A stretch of 64,000 bases of DNA from Acidobacteriota bacterium (GTDB taxonomy: Bacteria; Acidobacteriota; UBA890; WLXD01), in NCBI GenBank assembly GCA_965205505.1, contig CBDBHB010000009.1:1792001-1856000 (forward strand). The letters are read 5' to 3'. Under the pieces are notes generated by a model. It did not search any database, was not told where the DNA came from, and worked only from the letters and a program-made list of their open reading frames with translations. The translations under genes and the position numbers were made by a program. Positions 21,218 through 30,928 of this stretch are shown piece after piece; the stretch's first letter is position 1, and each line of letters begins with the position of its first letter.

Positions 21218-23301
21218 TCCTCTCCTTTTTCGTCCTTGGTGACGGCCAGGGCGTCCACAGCCACGGCGCGGCCGCCCGTGATGATGACCGGATTGGCCTC
21301 AATTTCGAGCAGCCGATCCGCAAGATCAAATCCGATCCACGAGAAGCGATCCACCGCTCCAGCCAGCGCACGCAGCTCCGACTTCGACAGATTGGCTGAA
21401 GCTTGAGCCGACGCCTCGGCAGCGGCGTCCTTGGCCTCGCCCTGGCGGAGCGGAAGCATGCGGAACTTCGAAACACCCGAAACGTTGCCGCCGCCGGGCC
21501 GTACAGTTATCGCCGGTCCGTAGACGGGATCCACGGTTACGCCGACCAAGAACTCCGTCCCTGCCGGGAGCTGTTCCTGAACAAGCAGACTGCCGCCGAT
21601 GCCGAGCTCCCGTGCGCGATCCAGCACTTCTTGGGCGGCCACCTCGACTTCCGCCGGTGACTCGAGCCGCAGCTTTACGAGACCCTCGCGCGCCTTGTGC
21701 GACACCTGGGCACAGACGAGCTTCACCACCACACGGCCGCCGATCTGCTCGGCGCGATCCGCCGCCTGCTCGGCAGTATCCGTGACGAGCTCGCGGGGCC
21801 GCTCGATGTCGTACGCGGCAAAGATCCGGGCGCTGGCTGTCTCATCGAGCACGCCCTGGGGGATCGAGATGTCGGGCCTATCGACGCTGCGCTTGGAGGT
21901 GGGTCGCTGCTGTCGAGAAATGCTGATCAGGCCAGCAATCGCGATGGCCGACGCGGCGTGGCCTTGCAGCACGGTGACACCATGTTCAGCTAGCAGCGTC
22001 GCCGTGCGTGGAGGATACGAGAACGGGGTTGCGAGCACGGAGATGACAGGCTTGCCACTCGAACGCTGTACCTCCGCCGCGTGCTTCAGGATCACGTTGA
22101 GCAGGGAGCCGTCCGGATCGCGGCGACTGGGCGCGACGTCGATTACGACCATACCCACCGCCGGGTCAGCCGCCAACGCGTCGATCGTGCCGCAGTAGAT
22201 CGCGCTGTCGAAGACCGCCTGGCCGGTTACGTCGAGCGGATTCCGGGGCTCGGTGAAGTCTGGCAGGATCTCCCGCAGCGCGGCGGTTGTTTCCCGGCTG
22301 AATTCACCGAGAGTGACCTCGGCATCGTCGAGTGCATCGGCGAAGAGTGTGCAGTTCCCGCCGGACTGCATGGCGACGGCGACGGTGCCACGAATGCGTG
22401 CTGGGGAGCTCTCGAGCAGGAGGGCGGTCTCGAAGAGTGCGATGGGGTCGTGAACCACCACGGCGCCGCGTCGACGCAGGAAGGCGTCGCGCAGTGTCGT
22501 ATCGTCCAGAAGCTCTCCGGTGTGCGCAATCATCGACCGACGCGCGGCTTCAGCCGCCACGCGTGGGCAGCACACCACAACGTGCTTGCCCGCCTGCGCC
22601 ATGGCGTCGAGACCTCTCTCCAGACGGGATACGTTGCGGACCGTCTCGACGTAACACGCGACGACGGAGGTGGCCTCGTCGGTTGCGGCCCAGTGGAGCA
22701 TGTCTCCAATGTCGAGGGTGGCCTCCACGCCGACCCCGGTGACGAGTCGCAGGCCGACACGGCGATCGCCTGCCATGTGCGCGAATGTCCATGCCGTGGT
22801 GCCGCTCTGGGAGAACATCGAGATCGACCCGACGCTGCAGCTCGGAGGCATCTCGGCCCCGTAGCTCGCGACACGATCGCGATAGTTGATGAAGCCCTCG
22901 ACGTTGGGTCCCAGCACGGCGACGTTGCTCGCCTTGGCGACGGCGACGAGCGCCTCCTGGATCTCGGCGCCTTCGCTTCCAGCGTCTCGGAAGCCGCTGG
23001 AGACCACCATTGCCGCCGGGATACCGGCCGCGCCACACGCCGCTACGGCGTCGACGGCCGCGCTGGCGGGGATCGCTATAATCGCCAGGTCGACTTCGTG
23101 GCGAATCTCCGCGAGGCTCTTGTAGGCATCCCGGTCCCAAACGCTCGGCCGTCTCGGGTTGACCGGAAAAATCTCGCCCCGGAATCCGAAGCTCTGGAGA
23201 TTGTTGTAGATCTCGAGCGTCCAGGAGCTGGCACGATCGCTCGCGCCGACGATCGCAATCGTCCGGGGATTCAACAGTACATCAAGCTGGGTCGTGTTCA
23301 C
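21214..23301 (-). CDS. Acyl-CoA synthetase (NDP-forming, acetate-CoA ligase family)
   Basis: [33 protein letters not shown]-terminal ATP-grasp HKAREG...EIEANPV...AVDAL. Confidence 0.9.
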   Translation of the reverse strand: MNTTQLDVLLNPRTIAIVGASDRASSWTLEIYNNLQSFGFRGEIFPVNPRRPSVWDRDAYKSLAEIRHEVDLAIIAIPASAAVDAVAACGAAGIPAAMVVSSGFRDAGSEGAEIQEALVAVAKASNVAVLGPNVEGFINYRDRVASYGAEMPPSCSVGSISMFSQSGTTAWTFAHMAGDRRVGLRLVTGVGVEATLDIGDMLHWAATDEATSVVACYVETVRNVSRLERGLDAMAQAGKHVVVCCPRVAAEAARRSMIAHTGELLDDTTLRDAFLRRRGAVVVHDPIALFETALLLESSPARIRGTVAVAMQSGGNCTLFADALDDAEVTLGEFSRETTAALREILPDFTEPRNPLDVTGQAVFDSAIYCGTIDALAADPAVGMVVIDVAPSRRDPDGSLLNVILKHAAEVQRSSGKPVISVLATPFSYPPRTATLLAEHGVTVLQGHAASAIAIAGLISISRQQRPTSKRSVDRPDISIPQGVLDETASARIFAAYDIERPRELVTDTAEQAADRAEQIGGRVVVKLVCAQVSHKAREGLVKLRLESPAEVEVAAQEVLDRARELGIGGSLLVQEQLPAGTEFLVGVTVDPVYGPAITVRPGGGNVSGVSKFRMLPLRQGEAKDAAAEASAQASANLSKSELRALAGAVDRFSWIGFDLADRLLEIEANPVIITGGRAVAVDALAVTKDEKGEE

Positions 23302-23512
23302 GGGGTGAGTTTCTCTGCGTTGGACTTGGCTGACGCGCTATCGGCGAAACTGCCCGCCGTCGAAGGAGTCGAGCAACGATCGAGAATCGGCTGGCCAGCG
23401 GCGCGCAATCCCACATGTGGTGGCGGAACCGCGGTGGCCTCCTAGATCCTGCAAATCGACGCCGAGATTGCTTGGCCTCAGCTGCTAAGAACCGACTTAT
23501 TTGACAGTACCC

Positions 23513-24118
23513 TCAGAGCAGTTCGACGACGATTTCAGTTGGTCCACCGGGCGCATTGATCGCCCAACCAGGCCCCTCCAGGTCGTAAGGGCACGAGGAG
23601 ACGGCACAGATGAGCTCCATGCGGGCCTTGAGCACGACGTAGCCGCCGGGCTTGACCACGGGCGCAACCGGCGTATTGAACATGAATCCGTTCTCCACCG
23701 TCGTGTTGGTGAAGAGGTTCACCGCGAGGGGGGTCATGGTGATCTCGTGGCCAACTTCACGCATGGCGATCTCGAGGTTTTCGGCGCAGCTCCTGTGATG
23801 ACCCTCGACGCCGAACTGCTTGTACCGGATAGCGTCGCAGGGGGCGATGATCAGGTCATGGATGCCATCGGCTCCGTCCTCGACAAAATCGAGCATCGGC
23901 TGCCGGAGGCGACTGAGGAAAGTGTCGCCGACTCGTGGGTGCAGCGAGCGTGTCGGCATCCAGGTGTGCGGCGGCGACAACCACTCGCTGATGTCGTCGG
24001 CGCGGAAGGCGAAGAGGTCGGCGGACTGCTGCCCCTTGGGGGTGATGATGCGCAGGTGCTGGCCCTCGGTGACGTGAAACGCGCGGCCCTCCCCGGCTGG
24101 AACAACCAGTGTTTCCAT
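23513..24118 (-). CDS. DUF1989 / urea-carboxylase-associated family protein
   Basis: GQHLRIITPKGQQSADL, HDLIIAPCD..RY, SCAENL, VNLFTN, AVSSCPYD. Confidence 0.85.
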   Translation of the reverse strand: METLVVPAGEGRAFHVTEGQHLRIITPKGQQSADLFAFRADDISEWLSPPHTWMPTRSLHPRVGDTFLSRLRQPMLDFVEDGADGIHDLIIAPCDAIRYKQFGVEGHHRSCAENLEIAMREVGHEITMTPLAVNLFTNTTVENGFMFNTPVAPVVKPGGYVVLKARMELICAVSSCPYDLEGPGWAINAPGGPTEIVVELL

Positions 24119-24260
24119 GTGCTTGAATCTCTCTTTCGCCGTGATGTCCAGACGATCGTCGAGACTAACAACTGCTACCGGTCTCCATGTGGTTGCATCA
24201 GTCTGCGTTTGGCGCCGCCGCGAGCCGCTATCTTGACACCGTTTCCCAAGCGACGTCGTC

Positions 24261-24389
24261 ATGGTCGGTGTAGCCACAGCGCTTTCGGTGGGTGGTCCTG
24301 GCGCCATCTTCTGGATGTGGGTGATGGCGCTGTTACGCGCCGCCCAACCTGGCGCAGTCTTGTCGCGCGTTTTGATCGAAGACGTTTGA
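24261..24389 (+). pseudogene. Fragment of an alanine/glycine:cation symporter (AGCS)
   Basis: MVGVATALSVGGPGAIFWMWVMALL is the AGCS signature GGPGAxFWMW; the fragment is isolated. Confidence 0.75.
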
Positions 24390-24402
24390 AAGGAAGTGTC
24401 CA

Positions 24403-25863
24403 ATGTCTATTCGAATTGCTTCGCTGTTGATCGTTCCTGTGTCTGTTTTGTTCTGTTCCTGTAGCTCTGAAAGAGACGCAGCATCGACCGAAACGGCGAC
24501 GACCGAAGCACAAGCGCAGGAAGAGGACGACCTGAAGGAATGGAATCATCGGATTCGTCGGGACAAATTCGACATCGTCCTGCCTGAAGTCATGCGGAAG
24601 AACGATGTCGACATGTGGATTCACGTGATGAGAGAGGCCATTCCGGATCCCTTCGGTGCGGAAGACTTGGGGAGTACCTCCGGTGTTTTCATCTTCACGG
24701 ACCGTGGCGGCGACCGGATCGAACGGGCGGTTCTCGGACGTCGCTGGGGAGCTTCGCATGCCGGAGAAACATGGAGGGTGACTTGGGAGACTGAGTCGGT
24801 CGAGGAATCGGGAGCCTACGACATACTCCACGATCCGGTTCTGGTGAAGCAGCCGCCGGGAGGGCCGGAGACGGAATATGACTATCGATTCCAGGGCCTC
24901 GGAGAATTCGTCCAAGCACGCGATCCCGAACGCATTGCTCTCAATTTCAAGTTCGACCTGGGGCCCTATCCCACCACGACACGAGCACAAGACGGCCTCT
25001 CGTATACGGACTACCTGCTATTGGCCGCGGAGCTCGGCGAAAAATACGCCAGCCGGATCGTCTCGTCTGAATTCGTGATGATGGAGTACATAGCCACACC
25101 GGTGCCAAGCGAGATCGAGTTGCTCAAGAAGCTGCGCGCGGCCGAGGTTGAGCGTGTAAAGAGCACCTTTGAGGAGATCGTGCCGGGCGTAACAAGGAAT
25201 CGCGACGTGGGGTTGACCGTTTTTCGCCGTAGAGGCACGGGAGTCTCACAAAGGGGACGGACTCCAGGTCACCAGGATGTTGCGATCCAGGGAGGCGACA
25301 TCGTTGCCGCCCCGAGCCAGGGAATGTATGCCTATGTGCTGCGTGAAGGAGAGACGGAACCGCCTCCAGAGATCAAGGAAGTCTGGGCAGAGTACCGAAG
25401 AATCGATCAGATCCTGGCAGAGAACATCAAGGTGGGCCTTACCCCTCGTGAAATAGTCAAGAACTACACGGCGATACTCGAAGAGGAAGGGATAATTCTC
25501 AGGGACGAGCAGTTGCATTTGTTCACCCCAAGGAACGAGTTTTCCGCTTATACCGCAGGCTTTGAGCCTCACAAGACCCACCTCAATATCGACTGTCATG
25601 GCATGGGGAAAGGAGCGCGCGCCAGGACCTTCGAGAACTATTTTGGCCCGAGGATTGGCTCTAACGGTCCCGAATGGATGTGGGACATACCGCTCCCACC
25701 CAATCACCACTTCGTTCTGGAGTACTTCATCTATATGCCGTGGGCTTCCAGCGAACACGAAGACCAATATTTACTCTGGTGGGATCATGAGCAGGCGATT
25801 GCCACCGAAAGTGGAGTCGAATACTTGTCTCCGCCACAAGAGGAGCTCTATCTCATCGAATAG
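24403..25863 (+). CDS. Xaa-Pro aminopeptidase (M24)-like lipoprotein
   Basis: Lipobox-like LFCSC; IRRDKFDIVLPEVMR.NDVDMWI, RDPERIALN, AYVLREGETEPP, HGMG. Confidence 0.75.
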   Translation: MSIRIASLLIVPVSVLFCSCSSERDAASTETATTEAQAQEEDDLKEWNHRIRRDKFDIVLPEVMRKNDVDMWIHVMREAIPDPFGAEDLGSTSGVFIFTDRGGDRIERAVLGRRWGASHAGETWRVTWETESVEESGAYDILHDPVLVKQPPGGPETEYDYRFQGLGEFVQARDPERIALNFKFDLGPYPTTTRAQDGLSYTDYLLLAAELGEKYASRIVSSEFVMMEYIATPVPSEIELLKKLRAAEVERVKSTFEEIVPGVTRNRDVGLTVFRRRGTGVSQRGRTPGHQDVAIQGGDIVAAPSQGMYAYVLREGETEPPPEIKEVWAEYRRIDQILAENIKVGLTPREIVKNYTAILEEEGIILRDEQLHLFTPRNEFSAYTAGFEPHKTHLNIDCHGMGKGARARTFENYFGPRIGSNGPEWMWDIPLPPNHHFVLEYFIYMPWASSEHEDQYLLWWDHEQAIATESGVEYLSPPQEELYLIE

Positions 25864-25922
25864 AGGCGAGACGGTCAGGAGATCCTCTTCAACGCCCACC
25901 GCCATCGACTCGCTCGACCTCA

Positions 25923-26115
25923 CCAATACTGTTGGTGAGGGACGTGGTTGCGTCTGCCAACTATTAGCTACGAACGCTTCTGGGGCGAGCCTCCAGGCTT
26001 TTGTATCCTTTCACGTGACGATTACCACTTGATGCTCGGTCAAGTCGAAGACCCCAAATTTATCGTTCCACACTACGAAGCGGTACGAAAAATGTGGAAC
26101 ATATATTTCTGGGTG
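25923..26115 (+). pseudogene. VOC/glyoxalase family remnant truncated near the IS3
   Basis: PILLVRDVVASANY* / ERFWGEPPGFCILSRDDYHLML...WNIYFWV, with an internal stop and deletion. Confidence 0.65.
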
Positions 26116-26218
26116 ACCTTCCAACTGGCCCCAACTCACCGTGACCTGCCCGCCAATAATCGGGCCAGTTTGAGAGTTAGGAATTGAGGCTCTCAGGAAG
26201 GCTCGGGAAGGGGGAGAA

Positions 26219-26497
26219 ATGGCCCGGAAGCGATACACGGTAGAGCAGATCATCGCCAAGCTCAGGGAGGCAGAGATCGAGCTGGCGCAAGGAGCCAAGA
26301 CGCCGGAAGCGTGCCGGAAGCTGGGCATCAGCGAGAACACGTAGTACCGGTGGCGTAAGGAGTACGGCGGGCTGAGGGTGGATCAGGCACGGCGACTCAA
26401 GGAGCTGGAGCGCGAGAACGGGCGGCTCAAGAAGCTGCTGGCGGAAACGATGCTCGACAACGCCATCCTCAAAGAGGTGTCGTCGGGAAACTTCTGA
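26219..26497 (+). pseudogene. IS3 transposase orfA with an internal TAG
   Basis: MARKRYTVEQIIAKLREAE...GISENT*YRWRKEYGG, TAG at 26342-26344; slippery GGGAAAC at 26485-26491. Confidence 0.9.
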
Positions 26498-26520
26498 GCC
26501 CGGCGCGCCGGAGCCGGGCA

Positions 26521-27378
26521 GTGCGACACGCACAGCAGTCGCAGGGGGTGTCGGAGAGGCGAGCCTGCCGAGTGCTGGGCCAGGTGCGCTCGACGCAGCA
26601 ATATCGGCCCAAGGCGCCTGGAGACGAAACACCGCTGGTGAAGCGAATGACCGAACTGGCGACGCAGTACGGACGCTACGGGTACCGTCGGATCACGGCT
26701 CTGATGGAACGCGAAGGGTGGCGGGTGAACCACAAGAGGATCGAACGGTTATGGCGTCGTGAAGGACTGAAGGTACCGAAAAAGCAGCCCAAGCGCGGAC
26801 GCTTGTGGCTCAACGATGGATCGTGCGTGCGGCTGAGGCCGGAAAGGAAAGATCACGTGTGGGCCTATGACTTCGTGCACGAACGAACTCACGACGGGCG
26901 AGCGGTTCGTCTGCTGACGATCGTGGATGAGTACACCAGGGAGTGCTTGGCCATCGATGTGGCGCGCAGGCTCAACTCCGAGAACGTGTTGGATCGACTC
27001 GCTGAGCTGTTCGTGAACCGTGGTGTTTCCGACCACATCCGCTCCGACAACGGACCGGAGTTCACTTCTCGGGTAGTGCGTGGCTGGCTCGAGCGGGTCG
27101 GTGTGAAGACGTTGTTCATCGAGCCCGGCTCGCCGTGGGAAAATGGCTATGTGGAGAGCTTCAACGGCAAGCTACGCGACGAGCTGCTGAACGGGGAGAT
27201 CTTCTACACGCTCAAGGAGGCGCAGAGCTTGGTGCAAGCCTGGCGCCGCAAATACAACCAGGTGCGGCCACACAGCTCGTTGGGCTATCGGCCGCCTGCA
27301 CCGAAAGCGACGTTGTTGCAGCCGGCTACGCTCCGCTCCGCCGGCTGCAACAACCTCTTGCCAGCACCGATTCTATGA
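26521..27378 (+). CDS. IS3 transposase orfB (DDE/rve)
   Basis: YGYRRI, WAYDF, IRSDNGPEF, PGSPWENGYVESFNG, RPHSSLGY. Confidence 0.95.
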   Translation: MRHAQQSQGVSERRACRVLGQVRSTQQYRPKAPGDETPLVKRMTELATQYGRYGYRRITALMEREGWRVNHKRIERLWRREGLKVPKKQPKRGRLWLNDGSCVRLRPERKDHVWAYDFVHERTHDGRAVRLLTIVDEYTRECLAIDVARRLNSENVLDRLAELFVNRGVSDHIRSDNGPEFTSRVVRGWLERVGVKTLFIEPGSPWENGYVESFNGKLRDELLNGEIFYTLKEAQSLVQAWRRKYNQVRPHSSLGYRPPAPKATLLQPATLRSAGCNNLLPAPIL

Positions 27379-27412
27379 GTTACGAAGTGGCCTCAACACT
27401 TGGGGCAGGTCA

Positions 27413-28108
27413 GATCATGCGAGCCGTCGCGAACGTGCTTGGCGCGGCTATCGAGCGACAGCAAGTCGACGAGCAGGTTCGGGAGAGGCGAACGCTGTTG
27501 TCGAATGTGCTGAACAGTGCCGCAGATGCGATCGTCTCGTTCGACGAGGAGTGGCGAGTCATGATCTTCAACGTCGAAGCTCAGAGGATCTTCGGCTACG
27601 AGGCCGACGAGATTCTGGGGCGATCTCTCGACCTACTCCTTCCGATCAACCCAAGCACAGCGCCCCGTGAGCTCTCGCGCGCTGAAGGGGACGCAACCGA
27701 GCCCGCCCTCGCGATGGGGGTTCTCAACTGCGTGTGTGTGGACGTCGTAAGGACGACAGCACGTTTCCGGTACAGGTCGGGGTTTCGAAAACGGTGGTGA
27801 GCGGTCGCCCGATCTTCACGGCGGTGGTGCACGAAGTTGCCGAGCGCGAAGGGCTGGCAAAGCAGCTACCTGTTGCGCAGAAACTCGACGCTGTCAGACA
27901 ACAGGCCGGGGACATTGCCCATGGTCTCAACAACCTGCTTACCGGCATTGCCGGCTTTGCCGACCTCGCGCAGGAGGCTGTCGGCCCGCAACATCCTGCG
28001 TTCGAGGACATCGCGGAGGTCATCAGGTCGGCAGAAAAAGCAGCGGCACTGACCCGAGAGCTAGTCGCGCTCGGCGGCCTGCAAGTGCTGCAGCGGGTGC
28101 AGAAGTAG
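27413..28108 (+). pseudogene. GAF-end/PAS/HisKA sensor kinase remnant
   Basis: AVANVLGAAIER, PAS (DAIV..FNVEAQRIFGY..EILG), a frameshift, then GRRKDDSTFPV and a degenerate H-box QKLDAV..IAHGLNNLLT. Truncated by the IS at the 5' end; no HATPase domain. Confidence 0.8.
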
Positions 28109-28189
28109 GCGACACATCCGCTTTCTGGCGGGACGCTGAGGGGCGGCGATAAGCTCAAAGCCCAACGGCGCGACGTGAGATGAGCCCAT

Positions 28190-29130
28190 TCATCCGGCGC
28201 GGGGTGGGTCACTGTCTAGGCAACCGCGGACGGCGCGTGCCAGGTCTGCCTTCATGAAGGGTTTACGGAGGACCGGAACCTGCATCTTCTCTACGCTGGG
28301 ATCATCCGTCACGCGGCTCGGGAAGCCCGACATGAGAAGCACCTTCACGTTACGCATCTTTGACTGCGCGATCGAGATGGTTTCGGCGCCGTCAAGAGCG
28401 CCAGGCATGATCATGTCGCTCAGGACGAGGTCGATCCGCCCTTGTGAGTCGATCAGCTCGATCGCCTTCTCGGCCAACACTCGGTCGCTGATATCTTGGA
28501 TGAAACCCACGGGGCGGCCGTATGAGCCGTCTTCCGCCGGGATCGCCACCTCCACTTCGCGCACTTGGAGCATTGGCCCGTTCACCGGAAGGAACCGGTA
28601 CTCGATGACCGCTTCAGATTCCCGGTTCAGGAGGAGGAAGTCCCAAAAACGATGGTAGCGCTCACGGTCGTCGGGATGGACGAACTCCAGATCGGCTTCT
28701 AGCAGGCCGTGGTGAAAGTGTGGTGGGTCTGGTTACGGGGGCATCGCCTGTGTCAGGCCGCCTTGCATCTGGCCCCAAATCGCCGTAACCCTTCGGGCAA
28801 CAGGGGATTGCGCGCGTATGCTGCGTCGTTCCTCGTCAACGATGGGGTTACCATCGCCTCCTCCTCTCTCCTTGCCTCCACTTCGCAAGACCCTGTCGCC
28901 AAACCCACCACACTTTCACCACGGCCTGCTAGAGACGTCACCCGCCGCATGTACTCTTCGACCGAGAGGCCGTGGAGTCTGGCCAGCTCTGGAGAACAGT
29001 AGAGCAACTTGTCCTCGACCAGGTCCCATTCCCAGTGACCCAACCTGGCGAGATGCTCGGTCTGTTCCGAGAGGTGCCGAGCTTTCCGGAGGTCGTCCAC
29101 GGAAACTCGGGTTCGATCGTCTGAGGACAT
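28190..29130 (-). pseudogene. PAS-receiver hybrid sensor remnant, interrupted by a MITE and internally deleted
   Basis: LARLGHWEWD..PAS, the MITE, VHPDDRERY..., then GFIQDISDRVLAE joined directly to the receiver (IDLVLSDMIMPG...LRKPF). Confidence 0.8.
28703..28928. mobile_element. MITE family 1, copy A
   Basis: TIR CAGGCCGTGGTGAAAGTGTGGTGGGT / ACCCACCACACTTTCACCACGGCCTG; CTAG duplicated at 28699-28702 and 28929-28932. Removing it restores ...VTS-LEADLEFVHPDD. Confidence 0.93.
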
Positions 29131-29399
29131 GAAGCTCCGCGCTCGATGAATTCTCACGAAGCGAAAAAGTTCTCGTCCCTGCCAATAACGTCGGCTGCTC
29201 CGCAATGGGAGGCTAATCTGCCGGCCGACTCGGGACAAGCGAACTCGGCTCGGCTCGGCTCGGCCTGGACTAGCCCGGAGAGTTTGCCGGCGTCCGTCTC
29301 ACCGGTGCCGGCGAGAACCCGGCCAATTGGCTTGGGATCGGCGGGGAAGGGAAGGAACAAGCGGGACGCGCCGCGAGTGGGGCAGTGGGCGTCGGGTGT

Positions 29400-30386
29400 T
29401 CAGTTGCCTTCCACGAAGCTTCTCAAGCTATTCAATAAGTTGTCCTCTACGTCGATTTCATCACAGTCAAGTCTTTGTGATCTGATCTTGTCGCCGCGCT
29501 CCCCTGGAATCAGGACTTCCTCGACTCCTTCAAGTCTCTTTGCCTGCTTTATTGCCTCAGTCATTTTGGTGGTTTCTTCGATAAAGCGCTGCATTCCAAT
29601 CATGGCGTCAGGGTTAATCGCTATTACAACGTTCCCATCGTTGTCGCTCTTGTTTAGAAAATCACCACCCACTAGGGCACCGCCTATGATCTGAACCATC
29701 AAGGCAAGCCCGGCGCCCTTGAATCCCTTATCAAACGGTCTTATCGCTCCTTTCATTATTTCAGCAGGGTTTGTTGTTTCATTTCCATCCTTGTCATAGC
29801 CAAGCCCTTCGGCTACTTGGACTCCTTGTGTTTTTGCCTCCACGAGGCCGAAAAAGGAGATACCTGATGATGACATGTCTAAAACAATCGGTTCGTGTTC
29901 AGTAGGAACACCCCAGGCTATTGGATTGGTACAAAACAAAGGCTCATAAGAGCCACTAGGAGGTACCATCGCATAAGGGTAGCTGGACATGGTAATACCA
30001 ACCAAACCTGCGTCCGCAATCCTGCGTGACCAGTAACCGATGGCGCCAGAGGACCCATCACCCGTATGTGTCCCTACTATTGCTATACCCATGTCCTTAG
30101 CTTTGGCTATGACCATGGTTACGGCTAGTTCCATGGCAATGGCCTCCATGGAATAGTTAGCATTGATTATTGCAGTAGCTGGAGTTTCAGTTTCTATAGT
30201 TGGGGGTTGTGCCTTGTCATGTCTTGGCATTCCGTCGCCAATCAACTTGACGATGCCTTGATCATTACCTCGCAGTTGGGCATACATAAGCATCTCTAAG
30301 ATTACGTGGGTATCGGCTTCTGAGTAGCCGTACTTGAGGATTGCCCGTTTGGACAGGTCTCTTAGTTCTTTGATTGAAAGCTTCAC
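29400..30386 (-). CDS. Ldh_2 family (malate/L-lactate/sulfolactate-type) oxidoreductase, AT-rich
   Basis: GTG start after AGGAG; AQLRG, CTNPIAWGVP, LDMSSS, GFKGAGLALMV, LIPGERG. Codon usage is visibly AT-richer than the flanks. Confidence 0.88.
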   Translation of the reverse strand: MKLSIKELRDLSKRAILKYGYSEADTHVILEMLMYAQLRGNDQGIVKLIGDGMPRHDKAQPPTIETETPATAIINANYSMEAIAMELAVTMVIAKAKDMGIAIVGTHTGDGSSGAIGYWSRRIADAGLVGITMSSYPYAMVPPSGSYEPLFCTNPIAWGVPTEHEPIVLDMSSSGISFFGLVEAKTQGVQVAEGLGYDKDGNETTNPAEIMKGAIRPFDKGFKGAGLALMVQIIGGALVGGDFLNKSDNDGNVVIAINPDAMIGMQRFIEETTKMTEAIKQAKRLEGVEEVLIPGERGDKIRSQRLDCDEIDVEDNLLNSLRSFVEGN

Positions 30387-30402
30387 AATCGTCTCCTGCT
30401 CG

Positions 30403-30673
30403 TGCTCCTGATCATAAGTACGGTGACGTTTGCAGGAGCGAGATGCGGGCGAGATCAAGGAAGGGTGAGGAAGGCGATGCCTTAGCCATCCTCGAGGAGC
30501 CCTGACGCCGAGATCGCCCGCATATCGCTCCTGCCCTCCGGGTGGCCGCGGGACCGGCCACCTTGGGCGTCGCGGCGCCTCGACGATACACCCAGCATCG
30601 CCCTCGTCGCCGCTCCTACAATTCGCCGCGGTCGCGCGCGCCACAAACGTCACCGTACTTATGATCAGGAGCA
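30403..30673. mobile_element. MITE family 3
   Basis: About 30-bp TIR TGCTCCTGATCATAAGTACGGTGACGTTTG / CAAACGTCACCGTACTTATGATCAGGAGCA; flanks CTCG and CTGT may be decayed CTAG; internal hairpin at 30432-30534 with a GGCGATG..CATC core. Confidence 0.8.
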
Positions 30674-30928
30674 CTGTGTTAGCGGTTGCTGTAATCCTCA
30701 ATTGCTCCTGCGCGCCATGGATCGGCTCCCGCAACCCCTCACCAGCGAGAAGGTCCAGCCTTGGGTGCGCCTCGGAGCCGCTCCAACCGACAGCCAGTAG
30801 GCGGGCAGCCAATGACCGCCTGGCTGGGCTACCTTACTTCAACGACGTACTGCACTAGGATGCCTTCGAGGAGTTCGAGCAGGTAGAGCTCGGTTCAGCG
30901 ACAAGAAGGGGGGGAATTCAGGGATCGC

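Larger units (their letters stand above)
26142..27412 (+). mobile_element. IS3 family (IS407-like) insertion sequence with inactivated orfA
   Basis: Terminal IRs TGACCTGCCC...GGGCAGGTCA; orfA/orfB arrangement; no target-site duplication visible. Confidence 0.93.

Noticed and set aside
27135-27800. Apparent transposase-PAS fusion ORF
   Set aside because: It is an off-frame read through the IS3 right end into a truncated kinase, not a real fusion.
29244-29263. (CTCGG)4 microsatellite
   Set aside because: It is short and intergenic, with no evident gene or promoter affected.
30387-30812. N-terminal extension of the Ldh_2 ORF
   Set aside because: It is a read-through of the family-3 MITE; the true start is the GTG at 30386 with an AGGAG RBS.
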